A stretch of 64,000 bases of DNA from an uncultured bacterium. GTDB taxonomy: Bacteria; Verrucomicrobiota; Verrucomicrobiia; Limisphaerales; UBA11358. The notes below the pieces were generated by a model. The model ran no database searches. It was given only the letters and a program-made list of their open reading frames with translations, and had not been told where the DNA came from. Shown here piece by piece: positions 46,091 through 54,675 of the stretch. The stretch is from positions 230,644-294,643 of the forward strand of contig CAVRPQ010000004.1 in assembly GCA_963723125.1 (NCBI GenBank), in the 5' to 3' direction. The position numbers and the translations under genes were made by a program. The stretch's first letter is position 1. Every line of letters begins with the position of its first letter.

Positions 46091-47062
46091 ATGCAAATCA
46101 AATCACCAATGAGGTGGCTGGCGATCGCGCTGGCAGTGGCGGGCGGATTGACATTGGCCAGCCTGGCGCAGGCTCAAGACATCTACTACTGGTGTTATTT
46201 CTATCCACCCTGGCCACCCAACAGTGCGCTGTACTCTGATTGGAACAACTACCCTGGCAACACTTCTGCTGTGAACTTTAACAATGTATTTGTTTTCACG
46301 AACGCAGTGCTGGACGAACCGGCGTCCGGCCTGGAAGTGATTTCGACCATTGGTGGTTATGGCAGCGGTTATGCTGACCTGAACGGCGGCGTGGGCGTTA
46401 CCTTTGCCAACGGCGATCTTGCGCTCGCTACCAACGACACCATTTGCATCTTGACTTTTACCGTCAATCCGACGCCGGGCATGGCGGCCTCGGGGACATC
46501 GTTTTATACCAATTACAACTGGATAGGAATACAGTTTTATCTGAATTGCGACAGCGGCGTTTACGATGGGATCCCTGTCGCCTATGCCGGATGGAATAAT
46601 CCGGGAAACTCAAACGGTATCGTTTGGAGCGGCAGCAATGTCACTTTGACGATAGATATGTCAAAACAGGTTGATACAAGTGCCAATCACTTTGGCGCAG
46701 TCTTTGTACCCTGGACCCAAGGTGGAACTAATCACTTTTATGGCTGTAACCTGGGCATTAATCCGACGGTTATATTTAATGATCCTGCCGGGAGTTCCGG
46801 GTTGCCTTACGATATTACGTTCAACTCCATCACATTTGCTTCGGCCCCGCCGCCGCCGCCGAACCTGGCCATCGGCCTTGTCGGCACCAATGTCATCGTC
46901 TCCTGGCCCGCCAGCGGCTCCTACACTTTGCAACAAAGCGCCAATATGGCGAAATTCAGTTGGTCGCCCTGGGGTTTTCCAGCCAACTCGAATAACGGCA
47001 TCTACAGTATCACGATCCCGGCGCCCACTAACACTTTGTTTTTCCGCCTCAGCGATCCGTAG
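46091..47062 (+). CDS. Secreted hypothetical protein with a C-terminal FFRL module
   Basis: The signal is MQIKSPMRWLAIALAVAGGLTLASLAQAQ, followed by a PPPPP linker. The tail is ...IVSWPASGSYTLQQSANMAKFSW...TNTLFFRLSDP. Confidence 0.5.
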   Translation: MQIKSPMRWLAIALAVAGGLTLASLAQAQDIYYWCYFYPPWPPNSALYSDWNNYPGNTSAVNFNNVFVFTNAVLDEPASGLEVISTIGGYGSGYADLNGGVGVTFANGDLALATNDTICILTFTVNPTPGMAASGTSFYTNYNWIGIQFYLNCDSGVYDGIPVAYAGWNNPGNSNGIVWSGSNVTLTIDMSKQVDTSANHFGAVFVPWTQGGTNHFYGCNLGINPTVIFNDPAGSSGLPYDITFNSITFASAPPPPPNLAIGLVGTNVIVSWPASGSYTLQQSANMAKFSWSPWGFPANSNNGIYSITIPAPTNTLFFRLSDP

Positions 47063-47329
47063 CGGCAAATGGCGGATGATCACCGGCGGGTGGCGGAATC
47101 GGTCAACAACCTTGACCCGCCATTTACTGCGCAACTCGTTGAACGACACTAAGAATCTGGTGACGGCAGCCATAACAAGGTGGTTTTCAGCTTTCAAGAA
47201 CTATTTGCCAGAATTCTGCCACTACTCACTCACTATTGTTCCACTATTTCTCAGTATTGTTTTGCTGGAGGTACACATAGCCAATCAGGAAACTCAACCA
47301 AGGCAGAAGTAATTTGAACGGCGAGCATT

Positions 47330-48368
<1,039 letters not shown>

Positions 48369-48413
48369 ATCCGGTGAGGTAAATCCAAATACGATATAAA
48401 ATGGATTGGTTGA

Positions 48414-49113
48414 TTAACCTTTGATCACTGTAGCTCCAGCCGCCGGGCGGGAACTGAAGAGTGTGGCTCCCATGCCTTTTTTTGCCCCATTACCATTGGT
48501 GGCGATTTTATAGAAGGTGGCGATATGTCTGGTAATCGTGTTCACGGCCTCGGCCTTAACCAATGCAACGCAGCTCCCGCCAAAACCACCGCCCGTCATC
48601 CGACAGCCATATACCCCGCCCTCCATACCGATGGCTTGGCAAATTTCCACAACCGCGTCCAGCTCACTACAGCTTACTTCAAAGTCGTCGCGCAACGAAT
48701 AATGGCTGGCATACATGTGTTGGCCCACCACCGGCCAGTTTGACTTTCGGATTTCACCGACAGCCTGCAACGTGCGTTCAATTTCGCTGATAACATGGCG
48801 CGCACGCCGAAAAACGAAAAGATCCATTTTCTTTCTTGCGCGTTCCAAGGCATCGGCCGTTGCGTCGCGCAGAGAAGCGACACCCAGAATATTTGCGGCG
48901 GTCTCACATTGCGCGCGGCGCTGGGCATATTCGCCGCCGCTCAGTTCATGTTTCACGTTGGTGTTAATGATGAGCAATGCGACCGACGGATCATTCATTG
49001 GCACCAGCTCGGTCTGGCATGAGCGGCAATCGAGCAGGAGCAAATGATCTTTCTGTCCCATCACCGAAATATATTGGTCCATGATGCCGCACGGCACGCC
49101 GGCAAATTCGTGT
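48414..49113 (-). pseudogene. galK: Galactokinase, 5'-truncated (C-terminal ~230 aa only)
   Basis: Homology starts abruptly at EHEFAGVPCGIMDQYIS and continues through NTNVKHELSGGEYAQRRAQCE...RMTGGGFGGSCVALV. The N-terminal galactose-binding and GHMP PxGSGLSSSA motifs are absent, and the first ~30 codons of ORF 48414..49205 are unrelated. Confidence 0.8.
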
Positions 49114-49117
49114 TCGG

Positions 49118-49292
49118 CCTGGCATCGCGATTTCGGGCAATGAACCGTTTGTGGCGGCGAGCGGGGGCGGCATTGCGGTTTCGGGCAGTGACCTGTTCGT
49201 CGCAAGCGGAAGTCCCGGCGCCGTCAGCGAACTCACGACTTCCGGGACGCTCGTCAACGCCTCGCTGATTACCGGATTGGATAATCCCGATG
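49118..49292 (+). pseudogene. Orphan fragment of an NHL-like repeat surface-protein gene
   Basis: My + strand translation gives GIAISGNEPFVAASGGGIAVSGSDLFVASGSPGAVSELTTSGTLVNASLITGLDNPDA. This is the repeat signature (GIAVSG..LFVA...G.V.E.TTSG..VNASLI.GL..P) of beta-propeller/PEP-CTERM-type proteins. It has no start and no continuation. Confidence 0.5.
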
Positions 49293-49682
49293 CTAGAGGA
49301 CCTGAAAGTTCATTTTGATGGCTTCGTAGCCGATGGCCTGGGCCAGATGGGTTTTCCCAACGCCGGGCGGCCCAAGAAACAGGACATCTTTGGCTTGGCG
49401 GATGAAGTTGCCGGTGGCCAGATCGAAAATGTCTTTGCGGTGGATGGCCGGATTAAAACTCCAGTCAAAGTCTTCCAGCGTTTTGAGGCCGCGGAAATCA
49501 GCGGCCTTGGTGCGGCGTTCCATGAGCCGTTGTTGGCGGACATTGATTTCGTCCTGACAGATCAGTTCCAGGAACTCGGCATGACCAAGCCGGTTGGCGA
49601 CGGCTTCTTGCAGCCGCACGTCCAGGGTTTGCAGCAGCCCGGAGAGGCGGAGTTGTTTCAGGGTGTTTTCAAGATTGCTCAT
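49293..49682 (-). pseudogene. istB: IS21 IstB helper ATPase, N-terminal half only
   Basis: The sequence runs LKQLRLSGLLQTLDVRLQEA...FLGPPGVGKTHLAQAIGYEAIK and then ends about 120 codons short of a normal IstB. Confidence 0.85.
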
Positions 49683-51213
49683 ATACAGTTTGGGGTTGAG
49701 GGTTAAAACAATCCGGCGTTAGCGCCTCATAAGCATCCAACGAACGGATCAAGGGGTGAGTGTCCAGGAAATCCAGTTGCGGCGACGGCCCGGTCCGTTC
49801 CAGCAACGTGCGCAAATCCCTTAAACGCCACGCGCCGTGATGCAGGGCTTTCTCGGCAGCGCCTTCCAGCGCAGCCACAGGATGTTTGCCAGCCAGGGAC
49901 AACAGGCCATGCAAGACTCGCGTGCCGATGGGGCCTCGCTGTTGAACCATGGCCTCAGCCCAACTGCCGGTGTGCTTGCCAATCAGACGCGCGCGATCCA
50001 GCAGGTAATCCAGACTGTGTTGGATGAGGCGGCGGTGTGGAGAATGCAGATGGTTCGGGTCGGTGGTGAACTTCCCCGGTTCGGCCAGCACATGGACGGC
50101 GATGACTTCGCGGCGTTGATTGAACACCCGCACCAGCCGGGACTCCCAACGCGCCCACACCTGCCGACCAACATACTCCGGCGGCACCGAGTAATACGCC
50201 CGTTGCAACTCGATGTAGCCATCCCGATGCACCGTTCGCGGTGCCTCTTCAAACACCGGGAACAAACTTGATGGCAGCGGCAATAGTTTGGATCGTTCCA
50301 CTTCATTGAACACCTTGCCGACTTGTTGCCGGGTGGTGCCATGAATGCGCGTGTCCGCCACACCACTTTCCCAATCTGAAAGATAAATGTTTTGCGCTGA
50401 CAGGCTTTCAAAACTCCGGCCCTTGAGCGCGTTCTCCTGACCATAATTAATCCCCGATTCGATTTTTCCTTTGTGACGCGGCATGGCCGGACGGGTCGGG
50501 AGCATCACAGTGCCGTAGTGGCGGCAGAACTCTTCCGTCTTTGGGTTGAGTTCGGGATCAAACCAGTCGGCCCGCGTGACGGCAGCCCGGAGGTTGTCGG
50601 TGATTAGCGTGCGGGGAACACCACCAAAGTATCGGAACGAGTTTTCCAGACATCGGATGAAACTCTCGGTCGTCTGCCGCCAGACCACTTCACTGTAGCC
50701 TTTGCGTGAATGGCTGAGAACGATCCGAAACAGGTGGGGCCGCTTCCGCTTGCCATCCACCATCACCCACGCGCCCTGGCCAAAATCCACCTGGGCTTCG
50801 GCTCCGGGTTCCACCTCCATCCGCACAAACGGCACCGGCTGTGTCTCGCGCAACTGCCGCACGAACCGTTTAACGGCCTGGTAACTGCCAACAAATCCGT
50901 GATCGCAGACCAAGTCCTGATAAATGCGCTGAGCACTCAGTCCGACTGACACCGCTGCCTCAATCTGCGGCAGCCACGGCTGACAAAGGCTCTGCCGACC
51001 TGCCGTGGAGCCGAGGGTCGAAATGGCTGGTTTTAAATCTGGCTCAGACTCCGAGCCGGGGGTCGAAATGGCCGGTTTTGACTTTGCCAGCCGCAGATAC
51101 TTGCCAACCGTCTCCCGATTGATGTCCAGTTCACGCGCAATCCGCCGGTGGGACCAGCCATGCGCCGCCAATGTCAATATCGAATGCTGTAAGCTCACGT
51201 TGAGTTCGTTCAT
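49669..51213 (-). CDS. istA: IS21-family transposase IstA
   Basis: The protein is 514 aa with an HTH N-terminus (HGWSHRRIARELDINRETVGKYLR) and an rve-type DDE core (QVDFGQG...RPHLFRIVLSHSRKGY...TDNLRAAV). Confidence 0.9.
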   Translation of the reverse strand: MNELNVSLQHSILTLAAHGWSHRRIARELDINRETVGKYLRLAKSKPAISTPGSESEPDLKPAISTLGSTAGRQSLCQPWLPQIEAAVSVGLSAQRIYQDLVCDHGFVGSYQAVKRFVRQLRETQPVPFVRMEVEPGAEAQVDFGQGAWVMVDGKRKRPHLFRIVLSHSRKGYSEVVWRQTTESFIRCLENSFRYFGGVPRTLITDNLRAAVTRADWFDPELNPKTEEFCRHYGTVMLPTRPAMPRHKGKIESGINYGQENALKGRSFESLSAQNIYLSDWESGVADTRIHGTTRQQVGKVFNEVERSKLLPLPSSLFPVFEEAPRTVHRDGYIELQRAYYSVPPEYVGRQVWARWESRLVRVFNQRREVIAVHVLAEPGKFTTDPNHLHSPHRRLIQHSLDYLLDRARLIGKHTGSWAEAMVQQRGPIGTRVLHGLLSLAGKHPVAALEGAAEKALHHGAWRLRDLRTLLERTGPSPQLDFLDTHPLIRSLDAYEALTPDCFNPQPQTVYEQS

Positions 51214-51399
51214 CGCGTCCTAATGCGGCATCTGCCGCACTCGACGCAATGCGTCCCTCAAAATGGCTGGTTTTCATTCGACCCTCCCTGGCTGGTTTTG
51301 ACCGTCCGCTGACAGCGGCAACGAATTTGCCGCAATGTAACGCCCTTTGACATTGCGAATTTGTCGCCATTTGCTGCCCTCACCTGAAGGCTTTTCACA

Positions 51400-52029
51400 C
51401 GGACAAGCCCTACCCCTGCCATTCGGCACGTTTTTGAGTCCGTGAAGTGATTGCGGTTGTGACACGGAATGTCCGCGACATAGCTCGGCCTGCTGGGCGT
51501 GGCCTCGTCCAGTCCGTGACCGCGCCCAGCACGGAAACAGTCTGCGTCCGTGTCCTGGCCTTGCCCATAGCTAGTCCGTGATCGTGTTCGGGCCATGACC
51601 GCAGCCGCGCGCGCAGTCAGTCCATGTCCATGAACCATCCGTGTCCAGTCCGCATCCGCGCCGGGTTCACACCTGGTTCCGCGTGAATCGCCCTTCGATT
51701 GTATGGCTCGCTGCGCGTCATCAAGGTAAGACTCCCCCGCTGCCCCGCGAGTTCCACCTTGACGATGCTCGCTTCGCCGGCAGACAGACGGACGATTAAG
51801 GATTCACGCGGGAAGTATCGCCGCCGCATGGCTGGCCGCATTGCGGACATTCCCCTGCCAGGGCAACGGACTCAGTTGGTTCACTACTGAGGCGCGCACC
51901 AGCCCCGGACAAACTGTGGACGTGGTAGCGGTCACGGCCCCGGATGGGACGCGGACTGACCGTGACTGCGGACACCGGCGCGGCTATTAGCGCGTCAGCC
52001 CGCGCTTTCACCGCGTCCATTGCGCGGAC
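51400..52029. repeat. ORF-poor region with strand-segregated arrays of the AGTCCG(T/C) motif
   Basis: Six exact GTCCG copies occur on the + strand at 51438, 51471, 51512, 51546, 51574 and 51648, plus GTCCATG/ATCCGTG variants. Seven exact CGGAC (reverse orientation) copies occur at 51789, 51844, 51867, 51906, 51952, 51969 and 52025, and one at 51400. Confidence 0.5.
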
Positions 52030-52396
52030 TCAAAAACCTCGTTTTGACGAGGGGTAACGCGTGCCCCATCCCAAACCGGTAGGTTGCACCCGCGCTAATG
52101 CCAGTCCATCGCGGATCAGGTGTGAACCGATTCGCCCGCTTCGCGGATGTGACTGGACAGGTTGAATGGACAGTTGCCGCTTCGCGTGAGTGTGTCCCCC
52201 GCCACTAACAACCCGCGCTTGTGATACACCGGCACTTGCCCTGGGCGGTGTAAATTTTCCTCCAAACGAACCGAAAAGGGCATTTGTGAACGGTGAACAA
52301 AAGAATTCATTGCGAGTCGCGCCGCCTGCTGGCTTTGGTGCGCGGGACAGTGGCATCCGTGGCGAACAAAGCCAAACACCGGCGAGTGTATCGCAA

Positions 52397-52621
52397 TTGC
52401 AACCACGCTTCGTGCGGCTTCCGAAGCCCGGCACACTTTGCCCGTTCACCGGCCTGTCGCGCACGCAAATTTATTTGCTCTGCAAATCCGGCAAAGTCAA
52501 ATCGTACAGCCTGAAACGTCGCGGCACTTGTCGAGGTGTCCGGTTGATTGATTTTCAAAGCCTCGTTGCGGCCATTGAAGAATTTGCCAGCGCGGAGGAA
52601 CAAGAAAGCCGGGAGCAATGA
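52397..52621 (+). CDS. Small excisionase/AlpA-like (HTH_17-type) DNA-binding protein
   Basis: RLPKPGTLCPFTGLSRTQIYLLCKSGKVKSYSLKRRGTCRGVRLIDFQSLVAAIEE follows the pattern of mobile-element HTH proteins. The start is uncertain (TTG at 52397 or GTG at 52412). Confidence 0.5.
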   Translation: MQPRFVRLPKPGTLCPFTGLSRTQIYLLCKSGKVKSYSLKRRGTCRGVRLIDFQSLVAAIEEFASAEEQESREQ

Positions 52622-52878
52622 ATCGTATCAAAGTGCTCGCCTGCGCTCGCCACAAAGCCCCGCCATGCGCCGCATTTGCCCCTAGCGCGACGATTTGAAC
52701 GGTGTAGCAGGACGGGAAACACCGTTTTCACCCTATAAAACCAATGCGAAAGTGCGGATTCGTCCAGCGAAGTTCACCGATGAAAACTGGCAAGTCATGT
52801 CTTACTCCATGTCTTACTTTAGCCGCATTCAACGCCTTTCTTTCACGAAATCATTGATTTCATTGGACTAAAGTGAAG

Positions 52879-52954
<76 letters not shown>

Positions 52955-53027
52955 AATTGCCTGATATCACCACGGAACCGGCCCAATATACTACGCACGG
53001 CGAAAAAGCAGGTGCAAGCACAATTTC

Positions 53028-53044
53028 GGGTAGTGGGCTACTTT
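53028..53044 (+). repeat. Left terminal inverted repeat of the IS1-family element
   Basis: The sequence is GGGTAGTGGGCTACTTT. Confidence 0.7.
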
Positions 53045-53089
53045 CGTTTTAGATTTCCATTTTTCGCTTGATTGTGCCATGCTTGCGGC

Positions 53090-53221
53090 ATGGTCAAGCC
53101 AAATAAGAAACGTAAGGGTGATTCGGCTCAAATCGCCTACGGCGTCGTTCAGGACGCAATACGGCTCACAGAAACGCCGATTAAGGCACCGAAACGCCAA
53201 AGCAAAAGGAAACGCGGCTAA
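53090..53221 (+). CDS. Possible 43-aa highly basic peptide
   Basis: The translation is MVKPNKKRKGDSAQIAYGVVQDAIRLTETPIKAPKRQSKRKRG. It is below the ORF-track cut-off and I recognise no homology. Confidence 0.2.
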   Translation: MVKPNKKRKGDSAQIAYGVVQDAIRLTETPIKAPKRQSKRKRG

Positions 53222-53277
53222 CCGGCTCATTTTGCGGTTGCCGTGAGTTTTTGTATTGCATACTATGGTTAGCAGTT

Positions 53278-53645
53278 ATGGAACTTGAACAAGAACCAAA
53301 CAAAGCCCATTTGACGGGGTATCGGATTTACGACAAAGAAGCCAAACGGCGGAAAAAGAAAAACCCGCTGCCGTATCTTCATCCTAAATTGCCAGATAAG
53401 AAGTTCGACATTATTTACGCTGACCCACCGTGGGATTACAACGGCAAGTTCCAATTCGACAAAAGCAGTAAGAGCGCCGATGAGATTGATTTGTCCCGTA
53501 ACATTTTTATCAGTTCAGCCGTTTTCAAATACCCGACATTGAAGCTCGAACAACTGGTTCAAATTCCCATACAGGAGATTGCAAAAGATGATTGCCTTTT
53601 ATTCATGTGGACGACCGGCCCGCAACTGGTTCATGCCATTGTAGA
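53278..53645 (+). pseudogene. MT-A70-family N6-adenine DNA methyltransferase, 3'-truncated
   Basis: The sequence FDIIYADPPWDYNGK...YPTLKLEQLVQIPIQEIAKDDCLLFMWTTGPQL carries the DPPW motif. The WGF and C-terminal half are missing, and the rest of track ORF 53251..53991 is antisense read-through. Confidence 0.7.
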
Positions 53646-53841
53646 TTTGCTTCTCTACGTCAGGCGGCAGTTCAATATCAGCGTAGATGTTCTTGAATTC
53701 ATTTGGCTTTCCACGAACCCGAAAGTTGGTGTCCTGAAACGCCTGTTGCATCACCGTGAAGAAAGATTTTTCGGCATGACCGGCATTTTCACCGCTGTAG
53801 TCCTGCCATGTGCCCCGACCGCTCAGTTCACTTTTTCCCAT
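53599..53841 (-). pseudogene. Probable restriction endonuclease gene, N-terminal ~65-70 codons only
   Basis: It lies immediately downstream of, and 4 nt from, the C-protein gene and is convergent with the methyltransferase. The assignment is positional only; I recognise no family motif. Confidence 0.35.
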
Positions 53842-53844
53842 AGG

Positions 53845-54057
53845 TCAGAATTTCAGGAGTTGGTCAATCGGAACGCCGAGGGCTTTGGCAATTTTCTCAA
53901 TGTTTTCCAACGTGATATTTTTCTCGGCACGTTCAATCATTCCGATATACGTGCGATGAACCCCGGCGCATTCGGCAAGCTCCTCTTGTGACCAATGCAA
54001 TGCGGCCCGTCTCTCGCGCACTTTTTTCCCAAATTTCAAGAGGACATTGCTTTTCAC
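53845..54057 (-). CDS. XRE-family HTH protein of the R-M controller (C-protein) type
   Basis: LHWSQEELAECAGVHRTYIGMIERAEKNITLENIEKIAKALGVPIDQLL closely matches the C-protein pattern (G.HRTYI..IERG..N......KIA.AL). Confidence 0.75.
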   Translation of the reverse strand: MKSNVLLKFGKKVRERRAALHWSQEELAECAGVHRTYIGMIERAEKNITLENIEKIAKALGVPIDQLLKF

Positions 54058-54077
54058 AGAAAATGAACTTTACGGAT

Positions 54078-54112
54078 TCGCTAACTGTGGTTCTACATAC
54101 TAAAGTTAGCGA
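54078..54112. promoter_or_regulatory. Candidate C-box operator (35 bp)
   Basis: TCGCTAACT-N17-AGTTAGCGA is a perfect 9-bp inverted repeat, 21-55 bp upstream of the C gene start. A second copy lies at 55752-55786. Confidence 0.45.
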
Positions 54113-54207
54113 TTTTGAAAGCTCCAAACCTCTTAGAATGGCTAAAAACATGAAATTCTTCCATTTTCAGCCCTTAAAAAATAATGGAAGAAAATGGAAG
54201 ATTTTGG

Positions 54208-54235
54208 TTGACGGCGGCTGTAATTTTGGTAAATT
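54208..54235 (+). promoter_or_regulatory. Extended -10 promoter, probably giving a leaderless mRNA for 54242..54622
   Basis: The arrangement is TTGACG-N13-TGgTAAATT (16 nt between the TTGACG and TAAATT hexamers). The -10 element ends 6 nt before the ATG. A second copy lies at 55882-55909. Confidence 0.4.
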
Positions 54236-54241
54236 GGCCTC

Positions 54242-54622
54242 ATGTTAAACACGAACATTGTCATAGACCGGCAGACGTTAGAGGACACCATAAGTGACCT
54301 GTCCGAATCAAAAGAACTTCTCTCGCGTGAGCGGGACAGCATAGACAAGCGCATTACTGCGCTCAATGACAGGATAACGTCTTTGAAGTTGAAACTTGAA
54401 CAGTCCGCCAGAGCAAGCAACGGAAAATCGCCCCGGCTGCGCAAAGGTGAAGGCGTGAATGGCATTTTGAAAGTGTTGACCGGCGAAAATGGGATTGGAT
54501 TAAGTCAGGCTCAAATTGCCGAAAAGACTGGTATTTCCGGGGCTTCGGTATATCGCACGCTGACTAAAAACCCGGACAAGTTTGTGCGTGGAACTGATGA
54601 TTTATGGAGATTGAAAAAATAA
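54242..54622 (+). CDS. Coiled-coil plus winged-helix DNA-binding protein, function unknown
   Basis: The N-terminal heptad-rich region is LSESKELLSRERDSIDKRITALNDRITSLKLKLEQ. The C-terminus is GLSQAQIAEKTGISGASVYRTLTKNPDKFVR. Confidence 0.55.
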   Translation: MLNTNIVIDRQTLEDTISDLSESKELLSRERDSIDKRITALNDRITSLKLKLEQSARASNGKSPRLRKGEGVNGILKVLTGENGIGLSQAQIAEKTGISGASVYRTLTKNPDKFVRGTDDLWRLKK

Positions 54623-54675
54623 CGAAAAGACCAGCGGGTGCTTTCGAGGGCGGCTCGCTGGTCAATTTTTCGGGT

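Larger units (their letters stand above)
49293..51352 (-). mobile_element. IS21-family insertion sequence, truncated at its istB end
   Basis: It carries istA followed by the first half of istB. The outer (istA-side) end is only approximate: I placed it at a TGTCAAAGGG... candidate terminus upstream of a set of direct repeats. Confidence 0.65.

Noticed and set aside
51258-52464. ORFs in the region between IS21 and the HTH gene (51258..51638 -, 51617..51850 -, 51796..52020 -, 52030..52464 -) could have been a degraded integrase next to tRNA-Phe.
   Set aside because: I saw no tyrosine-recombinase (R..HxxR..Y) or serine-recombinase motifs in any frame. The translations are dominated by the repeated GTCCG motif (HG/TD dipeptides). 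I treat the region as non-coding pending a proper search.
52840-52866. A direct repeat CATGTCTTACTCCATGTCTTACTTT lies just beyond the 3' side of tRNA-Phe and could be an att-site relic.
   Set aside because: I could not find a second copy of the tRNA 3' segment or of this repeat elsewhere in the window to define an island boundary, so the idea is unsupported.
52991-53230. A minus-strand 79-aa ORF spans the left IR of the IS1-family element.
   Set aside because: It crosses the element boundary, is Cys/Phe/Leu-rich without motifs, and lies antisense to the small basic ORF. It is most likely spurious.
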